Assembly (NCBI GenBank): GCA_051362555.1
Contig: CM120647.1
Location: forward strand, 9,052,001 to 9,116,000
From: Lingula anatina
Taxonomy: Eukaryota; Animalia; Brachiopoda
DNA: 64,000 bases
Reading direction: 5' to 3'
Positions within the stretch are counted from its first letter, which is position 1; each line of letters begins with the position of its first letter. The notes beneath the pieces were generated by a model that saw nothing but the letters and a program-made list of their open reading frames with translations, ran no database searches and was not told the origin of the DNA. Shown here in pieces: positions 29,095-42,175 of the stretch. A program made the position numbers and the translations under genes.

Positions 29095-29211
29095 TAACTC
29101 CCGTTTTTGTGGTAAAATAGGATATTATATTATATTATATTATATTTTTATGAGTTGTTTACAATGTATTTATTGTGAAATATAGATCTCATACAAAGAG
29201 TTGCTATCCCT
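29095..29211 (-). mobile_element. Solo end fragment of the Kolobok-like element at 9840
   Basis: Reverse-complement match to ~9840-9950, ending AAGAGTTGCTATCCCT|TTAA. Confidence 0.7.
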
Positions 29212-30097
29212 TTAATTGAACTGAACTACAGCAGATTTAGCTAGAATTGAAGCAGACTTGAAATTTTGGTCTAAAAGTTAAGACCAACTTTCGGGTTAAA
29301 CTTTCTTCATGTAACCACTCCCGATTAGCCCATCTCAGATCAATTAAATGAGATTGGAATTTAGACTAAAAGGAGATGCACCATTAACACTGCATGTATG
29401 CATATGTCGTCAACACTGATTGAAAATTGCATAAAAACAATATCATAGGATTGCATGCTAGCATAACAGTTAGGTGTAAATGAAAATTATTAACCTCCTT
29501 TTCTCAAAAGGTTTGTCTATATACATGTGTATGTGCACGTGCATTACGGTGACCTCGTGTTTGCTACAAACATAAAATATATCACAGCTTTTTATGACCC
29601 CCAAAAAGTAATTTGTAATGGCAAGAGATCGTTATTTTACTGAATCATCTTATTTTTGCTTATCACTGAGAGGACTAGAAAAGCTCATGCTTTGGGCATA
29701 CAGGAAGACGAGAGATCTCTTCCAAAAAGAAGGATGAAATGGCCACGGGCATTTCGATCAGAAAAACTTGGCCTCGTTGATATATAGGCAATTTGAGTTA
29801 CTTGGGATTTCTACCTTAGGTCCAAATGATGATATGTTTTTAAGAGAAATGGTCCAGTACTTGCTCTTTTGGTTTAACAATACTTAAATGATTTGCACTG
29901 AATTTAAAGGGAAAATTTATGGATGTTTAGGTCTTAATAGCAGTCATCAGCTTTGGAAAAAATCCAATGTATTTCTACACTCCCATGGACTTAAGTGGGT
30001 ATAAAAGTATTGAATTTTTCTGTAATTTTCAAGATTTCAAGTTTTTCATTTTTTTTCCTTTTTCTTATTAATGATGTGTCATTAATACTTAAAATAT

Positions 30098-30144
<47 letters not shown>

Positions 30145-30460
30145 ATTTGCACATACATATGCACATGCACACGAATGAACCCACATCCATGCAAATGCAC
30201 TAGCACTACTTAAATAAATAGATAATATGAATGGATTGGAGCCAAATTGCTGGAAGGGAAGACACAATTCCTGAAATTTAACTTTTTTTTTTTTTTTTTT
30301 TTTTCAGGTGGATTTAAACTTGCTTTCTATGGTTAAATAGTGTCTTACATAAAGATAGATCAAGAAGGGTCATCCACGCTTGTATGTGAACTCGTCCCCA
30401 AATAGCCGACAAAAAGAAAGTTTTTCCTCCTTTTCCTTTAAAGCCAAATAGTGTCCTTAC

Positions 30461-30544
30461 CTCTTTTCAGTTGAATAAATTCTTTCTTCTACCTTCTTCA
30501 CTTTCTCCTTCTTATCTTTGAAGACAACAGCTGTAACTTGTCAC
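30461..30544 (-). other. Candidate 84-nt internal exon (probably 5'UTR)
   Basis: Acceptor TTATTTCATCCTAG| and donor GAG|GTAAGG. The body is rich in GAAGAA-like motifs. There are stops in all three frames when this acceptor is used. Confidence 0.35.
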
Positions 30545-31007
30545 CTAGGATGAAATAATGACATTACACGTCTTGGTTAATTGTTCAATTGTTTTATCTA
30601 TTTATTATTTTTTGATAAATGAGAAGTGCCCTCTTTCATTTCCCTATAAAATCCTACAATAATTAATTTCTCATCAAAATACTTAAATATAATAACATAT
30701 ATTTTCTTTTTCTTTCAAAAGCATCAGAAATTTGGAAACTTGGGCTGCATCCAGTACCGCTTTCACTACCAGGCTAAAGCTAACTCAAAGAAGTTGGTAA
30801 TATACTTTCTCCAGGGATGAAACCGTCATTTAGTGAAAAAGTCTGAAAGTAGCTTGGGGGTCTAGACTCCCCCCCCCCCCCCCCCCAAGGATCAAATATG
30901 GCCGACCCACTTGAATACTTCCCCACGGGGAATCTATTCAGTGTTTATTAGCAGATCAGACGGCTAGTTTTTTAATGTGTCACCATATTTGACCCGGGGA
31001 CTATTAA

Positions 31008-31280
31008 GGCCGTATTCACATCGAGAAGAACCGAGGCTCTACAAAGCCGAGAACTAAATATGGCAGACGTACATGAAAGGAAAACCGCCTAATCCTTTAA
31101 TGGTCTCTCTGCCTGTCACATGCCTCCCCACGCGTCATCCCAATGGAGCCGAGATTTAATGACTGTACCCCGCAGGGACGACACATGGGGAGGCGTGTGA
31201 GAGGCGGAGAGACTATTAAAAGATTAGCCGGTTTTCCTTTCATGTACGTCCGCCATATTTAGTTCTCGGCTTTGTAGAGC
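31008..31280. mobile_element. PIF/Harbinger-type palindromic MITE, right terminus lost
   Basis: TAA|GGCCGTATTCACA start. ~105-bp inverted arms at 31036-31141 and ~31175-31280. The first 28 bp have no partner on the right. Confidence 0.75.
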
Positions 31281-31382
31281 AACTGCAACTGCGCTCGCTA
31301 GGGGAGTCACAGTATATCCTGTTGATCATGGTAGGTTGCTGTTCTCGTACTTACAAAAGGTATCGAAGTAACTTCAAGATGG

Positions 31383-31931
31383 CTATACAATACCTTTGTT
31401 ACTAGCTTGTATTTTAGACCAAAAAGTGAAATAAAATGGGAAAGTGAGTTGAATGTGTACCACGATGAAAAATGGTGGATGGAAAAGAATAACTCGATTA
31501 AGAAGTTGGATGATATGAGCCTTAGATGGTTTCAATATCGACTGGTCCATAGAATCTTAGGAACAAATTCTTTTTTATTTCGGATAAATGTAGTAGAATC
31601 AAATTTATGTGTATTTTGTATAAAAGAGGAGGAAACTTTTGTTCATTTGTTTTGGGAATGCGGTAGAATTTCAGAAATCTGGGAACAAGTAAGAGAATGG
31701 TTAGAAAATGAGTTAAATATAATAGAAAGATTAAACTGTATTGACATTATATTTGGAAAAGAACAAAGTTTGGTAAATTTAATTATTTGTTTGGTTAAAA
31801 AATTTATATATTGCCAGAAAATGACCAAAAGTGTCCCAGATTTCTTGAAAGTAAAAAGGTATATTAATCAATATATGGAAAGTGACTATTTTACTTATAG
31901 CAAAAATATGGATAATGATGGTTTTATTTAA
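31383..31931 (+). pseudogene. LINE ORF2 C-terminal fragment with zf-RVT (CCHC) domain
   Basis: FQYRLVHRILGTNSFL...CVFC...ETFVHLFWEC..ISEIW motif. The frame is open from the first base after the TSD. The TAA at 31929 looks like a nonsense mutation because the frame continues NWKKL. Confidence 0.85.
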
Positions 31932-32068
31932 AATTGGAAAAAATTAGGAAGTGATTTTGTGAATAGGAAATTTAACAGTTAAGTACCTTTAGAGCTTGTA
32001 TGTATATATGGGTGTGAGAGTGTTTTGTAATTTTTTTATTTTGAAATAAAGTTTAAAAAAAAAAAAAA
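31383..32068 (+). mobile_element. 5'-truncated L1/Tx1-clade non-LTR retrotransposon
   Basis: ORF2 C-terminus, short 3'UTR, AATAAA and a poly-A tail. Flanked by AACTTCAAGATGG (31370-31382) and AACGTCAAGATGG (32067-32079), a 13-bp TSD with one mismatch. Confidence 0.9.
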
Positions 32069-32487
32069 CGTCAAGATGGTGTTCAATTTGAGAACATGCA
32101 AGAGCTGCAAAAATCAATTTGAGGGACCCCATGATAATTAAAATTGAACAAAATAGTACTAACATGAAATTAACTATCCCCCCCAAAAAAACGTCTACAT
32201 TCAACAAGCAAAAATTAAGTCTCCTTAACACACAAGGTGTGATGTCTTAAAGGTATACAGTGCATTAATAGGAAATGCGTCCCCAAATCAGGGATGTCGT
32301 TAAGCCGATTTCCCACCAAGATTGTACATGGTTTTCATCTACTTCTACATCTGATTCAATAAGTACATTAAGTTCAAGCAACTTTGGAATGAAACAATGC
32401 GATCATCAAGCAAGAAGCAGTCCGCAAAGTAGTCACATATAACATATTTTAGCCCAATTCCTGTCCAACACTTCAATTTTCACAGCA

Positions 32488-32488
32488 A

Positions 32489-32536
<48 letters not shown>

Positions 32537-32550
32537 TGTGTGTGTGTGTG
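32488..32550. repeat. (TG)n microsatellite
   Basis: Seen directly. Confidence 0.95.
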
Positions 32551-33064
32551 ACCATGGCACTTTATCACTTACTAGTAAGTGGAAGCCTCAAAACTTAGAC
32601 CTGTCTTTTCCCCTCTTTTTGCATACTGTTCTTCAATTTTTAAACACATTTTTGGTTGGTATTAAAATCTTTATATTTCTTGTACTTATTATGGGCATAA
32701 GCAAGACTGTCCCAGTGGAAAAAATAAAAACAGTTGACACTCAAAAATATCAATCAAAACTAGCTGACAAGGTAGATATTCGACCCCAATCTTCATTACA
32801 CATTACATATACATCTTATCTTAGAGATTAAAACCACATCTTAACTGTCTTATCACATTCACAACATGATCCTTTCTGTGTCTAAAAACAGGTATTTAGC
32901 ATAGAAATGATAGAAATGGGATTGTTATATAATTCCCTTATCTGCTTATCCCATAACAAATGGCTTGTAGGTCGTGTTTACAGTCAACTTTGGTCGACCT
33001 ATCTCAGTGAGACCCACCTCAGTAGAGCAATCTTTTATGTTCATTTGCCATTTATAATTTTAGT

Positions 33065-33233
33065 CAGGCCCGTAGCCAGGGGGGGTTCGGGGGGTTCGAA
33101 AGAACCGCACCTTTTGCTGGGAAAAGGTCCATTCTGGGTAAAATTTGATCTAAGTACATGAAGTTTTTTATGGGAAAAGGTCCACTTTTTCAGAAAAAGA
33201 ACCCCCCTTTTGAAATTGCTGGCTATGGGCCTG
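33065..33233. mobile_element. hAT-like MITE with 5-bp TSD
   Basis: TIR CAGGCCCGTAGCCAG / CTGGCTATGGGCCTG with TTAGT repeated on both flanks. Internal direct repeat TGGGAAAAGGTCCA. Confidence 0.8.
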
Positions 33234-33309
33234 TTAGTACTTCCTTTATTGCCTCATCTGCTGCTAAAATAACTGAGATATTGCCTAGAGAGGTGAAGGG
33301 CACTCACTT

Positions 33310-33620
33310 AAATAGATCCAAGTTGAGTGGAAACACACCTGCACAAGCTAGGTGGATCCAAGTTGAGTAAAAAAACACTTTCATAATATATTTGATGGAT
33401 CAATATTAAGTGGACATAAGTTCAGTGGAGTCAACATCAGTGGGAAAATATCTTCACAAGTAAGGTGGATCCATCTCCAGAGGAGAAAAGCCCTACATAT
33501 GTTAAGTGGCTCCATCTTTAGTGGAAATACCTTCATAAGTTCAGAGCAAAAAAAAAATTCAGTAGAAAAACCTTCATAAGATAGGCGGATTTAACTTTGG
33601 TGGAAACACCCCTTCAGTTC
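33310..33620. repeat. Degenerate ~39-bp tandem repeat, about 8 units
   Basis: Recurrent GTGGATCCA.CTT.AGTGGAAA.A.CCTTCA(C/T)AAGT pattern. Confidence 0.6.
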
Positions 33621-34550
33621 TCCCTCAAAGATCTGTCCAATTTGGTCTGACTCATTTCTTTAGTGTGGTCACTGGAACAACCAATGCGGCAATATGGCAT
33701 AATTATAGGTCTGGTCAGTTAGAAAGGCTGCTCTTGTTAATTCCAACAAAGGGATTTCTTTCATTATTAATAGGTTATTGTCCCAGACCTTTTTGGAGTG
33801 GAACTGCTTTGTTCATTTACATTCATTCATCTTCCTAAGCAGAAGGCTTTTGGGGTCTAAGTAGCTCTTTTCATTGCTAGAAATTACTTTTCATTGTTGC
33901 AGCAGACGACAGTGACTACCCGCCATTACATCACAAGGAGTCACAGTCCTCGCCTTTATATGAAAACTCATCTGTTTAATTAACCTTTTTGGGCACCATG
34001 TGTCCATTCAGTAGGCCATCATCTGTGGCCAAGAAGTAGGCTTTAGAAGGTGGACTCTATCTTTCAGCTGCTCAATTATTTAGATTCAATTATTGAAACA
34101 TCAAAGCAGAAACATGATACAGGCACAAAAACTCCTACTTTCGATAATAAAATTGTCCATGGTTGAAACCTCATGCCTAGGTTTTCTTTTTCCGGGATTC
34201 TCCATGGGGCTGAGGAAAGCCTTTCACTGACAAATTGTGACAAAATTAATGAATACCAGTTAAATATATTTATGAAGTTCTTTTGATATATAAGTTTTGG
34301 TGGTTCGAGAGTCATCCTGCTTGGTTAGGTTAGGGAGGGATTATGAGAAGTAATGAGGGTACATACATGCACTATGTTGAATGTGTGGCTTGGGGAAGAA
34401 ATTCTGCTTTATCTATTCATTTGTTTATCAATTTATTTAATCTTCTGTCTTTGATGACTACTAAGTAGTTAATCCTCACATGAATAAAACATCCCTTTAA
34501 AAACTAATAAACAACTTCGATTGAAAGGCATTTGACAAGGACATTTTGTC

Positions 34551-34557
<7 letters not shown>

Positions 34558-34644
<87 letters not shown>
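34558..34644. repeat. (GA)n microsatellite
   Basis: Seen directly. Confidence 0.95.
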
Positions 34645-34646
<2 letters not shown>

Positions 34647-35156
34647 CAAAGAGTTTTAAAAGACAGGTAAATGCATTTTGGGAAGGGTAAAGCACCCAGG
34701 TTTTTATTTGTTCAATTATAAAATGAATAAATAAATAAATAAATAAATTCATAGATTTCACATTATCTTTGCAATTGTTTTTTTCTGAAAATCAAAGACT
34801 GAAATTGTTAATTCTATTGTTGACTCAAGCCTTCATTTTCATCATTATCAAAGCATCTTAATGTCCTTATAATTATGGTTCCTCGCCAACTGGCAAATCT
34901 GATTTTTTTTATCTCAACTGTCCTAGTGAACAAATATCCATGACTGTATGCTCTATGAAACTAGTAATTATCACTTTTACTTGAGTATCTCCTAAAAAAA
35001 ACCTAAAAAGTAGAGATCTACAATTAGTTATTTTATATGAGTATCTAATAAAAAAATGCAAACAAACATGGCAAAGTTAAGAGACTCAAAACTGTGCACT
35101 AACGATATATTTGGGGGGGGGGGGGGGATAACTCTTGACCAAATATTATGTTGAAT

Positions 35157-35313
35157 GACTGTATCCAGAAATATTTTCTGAGCCTTCCAACTTTTCTTTG
35201 ATGAACCATCTTCCATTTTTTACCCTCTGCCAATAAAAAAAAAAATTAAATGCCCATCAGTGAACTTGAAAAAGTCTGACCGTCTTCCAGAAGACGGCTT
35301 CTGTCCGTCCCTG
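35157..35313 (-). mobile_element. Degenerate inverted copy of the 27726-27889 MITE
   Basis: TCCAGAAATATTTTCTGA, CCATCTTCCATTTTTTACC and TCTGACCGTCTTCC match the reverse complement. Ends TCCGTCCCTG. Confidence 0.6.
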
Positions 35314-35639
35314 ACTCGACAGCCTGGACGGCTGCTGACCAACAAACACTGACCACTTGACCCCATTAGGTCATGGCTATTATTTCCTGACCTTCCCTCT
35401 TTCTACTTTAAGCTACGCCCACCCCGAAAAAAAGAGAAAAAAGGTTCTGTAAAACATGGTAGTTGCTTCTATATTAATATAAATAAATATAAACAGGTAA
35501 TAGATTTTTCTACCTGTTGTTACTGACGTGTTATATATAACGGAATGTCTATATGAACATAATATGCCGGGATCATATAACCTCAACTACTATTATGCTT
35601 GGATTCCTCCCAATCCCTTAACTCTTCATCTTTCTACTT

Positions 35640-35651
35640 CTCTCTCTCTCT

Positions 35652-35739
<88 letters not shown>
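35640..35739. repeat. Compound (CT)n(CA)n microsatellite
   Basis: Seen directly. Confidence 0.95.
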
Positions 35740-35741
<2 letters not shown>

Positions 35742-35820
35742 CTCTTTTAATCTCCCTTCTTCATCCTCTCTCCCTCTCTCTCTCTCACACACACCCACAA
35801 ACACATTACTACCATCATAC

Positions 35821-35965
35821 ACTTACCTAAAAACAAAAACCTAACCCTTGTGGATTTTTAAAACGTCCCGGTTCTGTAATTTGTTAGAAGTTATAAAAAA
35901 ATTCACTTCCGTTCCGTATCTTTTTTCTCCACAACTAAGGTGTAACCCTCAATGGCGGCCATAAA
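35821..35965 (-). promoter_or_regulatory. Candidate promoter / non-coding first exon
   Basis: Consensus minus-strand donor AG|GTAAGT at 35827/35826. ETS-like CGGAAG(T) at ~35905, YY1-like AATGGCGG at 35951 and local CpGs. A microsatellite lies just inside the putative intron. Confidence 0.3.
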
Positions 35966-38900
35966 TCCTAGGTGTACTAGCCACTGTATGGGCACTGGTT
36001 GTTTTCATAGGACCAAAGCCCCTAGATCTTTCAACTTTTCATTCAAAAAACATTCCAGGGGGCTATTTGATCCTATCCTCAACCACCTTCCCAAAAATCC
36101 ACACCTCTGCCCCTCCATGAATCATCCAATAGGCCCCACACCTGTATAAGGCTAATACAGTTGGGATAATACATAGGGCCTAATGGTGATGCCGTGAAGG
36201 GGCCAGGACCATGGATGAGTAATGGGGGATGGTTATGTAATGTTCTGTCACCTGATCTAGAGACTGTGATAACCGCAGCCAAATGGGAGCCGAGTTGAAA
36301 AACATGGTGGTGTCCAGAGGGGGAAATCACTGAGTGTGGAAAAAATGGCAATAAAGGAAGGCAATCCACAGTATTTTTTTTTTTTTATTTATCTGTTTTG
36401 CTAACATCCCTGCTTACCTCTGATGTAATATACAGAGAGACACATAATATGGTTGTTGTTTTTGCTTTAGTTTTTTCTTTTCTTTTCTTGGTTATGAAGG
36501 GTGTGTGTGTGTGTGTGTGTGCATGCGTGCACATGCACTCTCACATGCGACTCTTGTAATCTTTAAATACGATCTAAAACAAGGGACATATGTATTTGAA
36601 CTGATACACTTGAGAGCAAAAAAGTTTTTAGTATCATTTCATTAATCCATTACGTCTTTTTCTTAATTTTTTTTTTTTTTTTACTTTCTTTGATTTGATG
36701 ACCACTTAAATTAAATCTCTTCTCATCAGTGGCCTGTCATTTCAACTTTTGGGAAGACTGTACCTATTTGTGAGTGTTTTAAAAAAGTTCCACATCCTCT
36801 TGATGTTACATCAGAGAGGCTAAAATTGAATTCTGCACTTAATTGGACTTTGGGTCTTAATCCTGACTAGCATGTTATTTATTTCACTTACATCTTGACA
36901 TATTTAATTAGAACCAAATTTGGCAAAAATGTTTGTTAGAATTCTTTAAAACTTCATCATTCTTCTGGTTAGACCAGCTATTTAAGTTCCTAGTTTGGGT
37001 GCAAAACAAAGCTCCAAGGCAGATGCATATCTTTAATTGTTATTTTTTCTGTGATGGCAAGTTTGCTGCCATGTCATCTGATAAGAAGGAGATGGGAATG
37101 ATGAGAAACTATGATAAGCTTTTTTTTCCAACTGGTCTGTCGATAATTTGTAGTTATTAAAGCACTGGGTTGTTAAAAATGAACTTGTACAACTGCTTTT
37201 AAATTACTCCCTCTGATGAAAAATGCTGAGGTGATTTAGAACCAAAAAGTTTCTTTTTTAACATTCTTAAGACTAACCCAGTGGTTGAATTTTGCTTAAT
37301 TATGCTTCATCTTGCAATAAATAGTCAACAAGCCAAATTGCAAAGTAATAATGACAATTACTTGAAAAAATCAAGCTCCTTTCTTTTTGTAATGCTATTT
37401 TTTCAAATCAAAGTTTTTCACAATGATGTATTTTCCTGTTAGAAACCAACTAGCTTTTAGGAAGTATTGAATCCACACTATTTAGTAATAAAAATTAATT
37501 TTTTTTTCTGATTTAAATAGTAATTTAGCATATTTAAATCTATCATCATAGCAAATTCGCCAATCTTTCTTTCTTTTATTGTTGTTATTACTACCAAATT
37601 ATATTCAAATTTGTGATGGACAGTCACTTAATTACTCAAATCAGCCACGCTAACATCATTTAAACAGCATCATTTGTCTAAAAAATAATGAAATCTGTCA
37701 CGTCTCCCACATAATTTGCCAGGTGTGGGGAACAATTTCTCAGAATATAATTACCAGAAAACAATGCTGTTTCGTGACACATTTTTCCCTATTTCTCTGA
37801 CAGCATAACTACTTACCTCACACCAGCATCTTTTTTTTTTCAATTTTCCTGAAAATTATCATCCTAAAAGATGATATATATGCATGATGTGGTGTTGCAG
37901 GTACCATTTACAATACACTGCTTCTCATTCTGTTAAAGATTTACACAGATGTGGCTTTCAGAAACACATTATAGTCCTACTAAGTTAAATTTCTTTTTCA
38001 TATTTTTCATGTTTTTTGACTGTTTCATAGCAATTACAATCATGTGAACAAAGAACACAGGACTGAGTAACCCTGGCTACCTTTACCCATATTACTAGTA
38101 CATGTACAGTTACCCATATTGCTTGATGCAATTATTTTATAAAGGTTTTGGTGTTGTTTTTATTTTTGTTAGTTTTTCTTACTTATATTTTTCCCCACAA
38201 CTAATTTTTTGGTTTTATCTTTTAAAACCTATCTTTGTTAACTTTGTCTGCTCTCCTTCTAATAATTTTCCCAATTTGGACTAGCTGTTTTATAAAAAAA
38301 ATTAGTATATTATGTGAGATAAAAAGGATGAATTAACAAAAACAAATATGTTGGAAATAAATTTCTTTAAAGCAGCAGGAAATTCAAATTCTGTGAGCTA
38401 TTTAACTCTTTTTGAAAGTTAAAACAGTTAACCTTTAATTTTTGAGTAAGGATAGGAAGTCTTCCTTCAAGTTAAAAAATGAGTGGCTGCCCAATAGAAA
38501 TATGTGATAAATAAACTTTAAAAAAGAGAGAAAAAAAGAAACAAAAACATAAATCATGAAAATACACATCTCTTTCACACTTAACATTCTGCCTTATGAC
38601 AACAATGAAAAACAAAATTGGTCAATTTTCAAAAAAAGGGCTCCCATGGCTTAAAACCTGCTTGAAATCATGCACTTGGTTGATTCCAGTGCTTCGACTG
38701 CTTGGAGGTTTTTCTTCATTTAACTCCCCTTTTCTCAATATTGATCCTTCTAAGTGATAGCAGTGAGGCTGAAGATTTGGAAAATATGCCTACAAAGCTT
38801 ACATAATCCTGACCAAGGAAAATATAACACTTTTCCGCTTTTTACCCAGCTCGGCAAATATTGACCACTACATACGGATAAACAAAGGTTCTTACCCTCA

Positions 38901-39874
38901 CTGAGTACAAATGGCCTCCATAGTTCAATATTGGCCCCGATTTTTATCCCCTTTCTTTTTCAAAGCCTGGAAGGCTCTTTACGACTTTACATCCATTTTG
39001 TTTAACATGCAAAAGGGGTACAAAAGTTGGATTTGCAGCGATGATTAGCGGTCACCAAGGTGAAACGATATTTTTGTTTAAACAAGCAAAATGGTTCAAC
39101 ATGCGGTTTGGTTTTGCCTGATGCAGTGTTACATAATGCCCTTTCTTGCTTTAACAAAACATCTTGACCATTTTAGCTGAAAACATTTGCTAATCAAAGG
39201 TTTAAAGGTTCTCTATAAAAGACAGACACAGTGAATGCACAGCATCTATGACTTGAAATTAAGCACCAATTACATGTTTGAACAAAGGAATTCTACCTCT
39301 CACCTAATAAGAACCGACTGGGAGTTTCGCTAATTGCCAGATTAATAATTATGAACTTCAGCTAGAGAAAAAAAAGACACCACCTTCTCATGACTAAGCA
39401 CTAAACTTTCTTCAAAAGAAACAAATGAAAATGGTTGAATTATAATAATCTGAGTTGAGGCCAATTGGAAAGGATTCATAAAGTGATGTAAAACTTATGT
39501 TTCATTTTAGAATTTGATGCAAAAGGGAAGTAACAATAGTCAATCCTAAGTGTGATATTAAAGAATCTTTGTACACGCAACTCTGTTAAAACCTAGGTGA
39601 GTAAATCAGATATGTACAGTATTAAAGGTAGGACAGTTAGCTAGCCCTTTTTTTATGACATCCATATATGAACATTCAGCGAAACTTGGCAAGTCATTTT
39701 AAAAGGTAAAAGGACACAAACTGCAATATGTCAGAACCCAAATGAATGCTCTTAAGTAAATGCCAATAACTCCCAAAATGTTTACAACATCCAAAAAACA
39801 GAAAACATACAAATGCAGGCCTCTATTACACAAAAACACTGCTGCTTGACCGTGAAATGTATATTGGAATGAGG

Positions 39875-39875
<1 letters not shown>

Positions 39876-39912
<37 letters not shown>
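39876..39912 (+). repeat. Poly-G tract (37 nt); another at ~24033-24061
   Basis: Seen directly. Could form a G-quadruplex. Confidence 0.9.
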
Positions 39913-39916
<4 letters not shown>

Positions 39917-42175
39917 TATGTAGGTAACGAAGCGATTTTTCAATAGGAAAAAATATTCATTTTTCAGTCATATATTCTTGGAACCATCAAAATATATTTT
40001 TGTTTAACATCCGCAGTGCTTTTGTTCAATAAAATCCAACTGAGGTAGCCAGCATTTTCAGAACTTTCTGCTGCTTCCACTCAATAAGAATGTTCTATAT
40101 CTAAGAATTAGTGACCTAAAAAATACAGTACCTGTAAAATTCACAATTTTTCATATGGAAAATTCCGAGTCATGATTTAGCAATATTGTGCGATAACACC
40201 ACTCCAGACTTTGCCTTTTAAGTTACGCAATAGTTGATGACTTTTTGATAAGTGAATTATCATGCCATTTTTGGGGGCTCAAGGTTACCTATTATTTACG
40301 TTAATGACTTAAATGTTTTCAATGGGGGAAAAATTACAAATCCTTCAGATATACAAATTTTCGGAATTATTAAAAATATATTTTTGCATGGTATTTGTGG
40401 TGCTTTTACTGTATAGCATGGAACTACAGGATAACTTGCCATTCAATTTTGTTGCTATCTCTCACTAGGAACATTTGTATTTTATGAACTAATGACTTAA
40501 AATACAGTATCTGTAAATTTCACTACATAAGAAGGAAATTAAACATAACTAAAACCAAACTTATACTGAATTTTCTTGACAATCTATTCAATGAAAATGA
40601 AAGATTATTTTGAAGACACATTCAAATATTTACCGAGGGGTTTCAATTATGATGCAGACAGTAAAGAAGTCTTGAATAGATTATTATTTGCATTAATTTA
40701 CAAAGCATCAGTTTTGAAAAGGCACACTGCTTACACAATGCCCAATTTTTTAAAAAGGCTACAAAAAAAAATTTAAGCTCATATTTTGTTTTAAAAGGAT
40801 GCTTATACAGCTTTCTGGCAAGCAAACTTCTATGACATTACTGGTGTGCAAAAAAAAAGACCTATCAACGGAGTTATATTTCTGATTCTTTTTTGATTCA
40901 TTTTAACTCATTTTCATCCTCATGTGAAACAAAACATTTCTTCGAGTCCAGAACTATCATTCCTGCTGATTCACATCAGTCAAGATACAAATACTGAAAA
41001 AAAAATTTTTTTTTTTTAATTAAAAACACTGTCCATGCATAAAAACTAAAGAAAAAACAAAAAATGTCAAATCATAAATCACTAATAATCCAGTTCTAAT
41101 TAAGAAACATCATTTTGGAGAAAAACAATGAGATCATTTAAAAAACAGTCATATAATCAGCACATGCTTATTGAATATAATATATATCTTTTAAAGTCAG
41201 CCCACCTTCAATCCAGTATACAGAAAAACAATTTTTCCATTTCATTGCATTATAAATCACATATTCCACACATTACCGGCCAAACAATTATAACTCAAGT
41301 CACCAAGTGCAAAGTTTACACAATGCAATGTGCAACAGATTTTTTTTCTAAATGAGATGCAATCATTTATATAATACATCTTCTGGGGCTCTACCATGTT
41401 TTGTAGGTGCCAGGGATATGGATAGTGTTTTATTTTCGATTCCTGGCAAAGTATAATATGTATTGTATCACAAGCAAGCCATGCTTGTTACAAGTGAAGA
41501 AATAAAATTGTTTTGGTACTTAAACAACAATTCCCGATAAAATTTCACTAGAAATTAAATGGTTTTGTTGCTTTTTTTACATAATTCATGTCATAAATTC
41601 ACTAGGTTTCTTGTTTTTACGCTTAATTTTGATCCTTTTCTATTGATAAAATATTTCTGTTTTCTCTTCGCCCCCCCCCCAACACCACCCCTTTTCCATA
41701 CATCAGCATTTATAATCCATATCTTGCAGCCCTACTTGTCACATGGCATGTGCCCCAAAAGGGCATGAGAAATGTGCAAACACCAGAAAGTTTACCTATT
41801 AACAATGATATTCATGGAGTACTATAATTTTAATATTTGATGGATCTCCACCAATGCTATTATGCAACCTCCGCAAATAATCATCAACCATAATGCCCAC
41901 TACTACTGCTGATGCCCACAGCTGTAATGTCCACTTGTTTAGCCTTTTTTATGGTTGCTGCCCCCATAGTCAACTAGAGGATCAGAGAGGCGATACCGCC
42001 TCCAAATATTGTACCACCAGCTGGAGCAAGCGCATTCGTATAGACCCCCACATACACAAAATAAGGGACACAGCCACCAGTTTTGTGCTTGACAAGCTGT
42101 AAAAATGCAATCAACAAGAATTTTTAAACTATTGCAAAAAATATATATGGTACAATCAAATTTAAGTTCTTCGTA

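Noticed and set aside
35528-35844. ORFs with SL / HT runs
   Set aside because: They are microsatellite translations.
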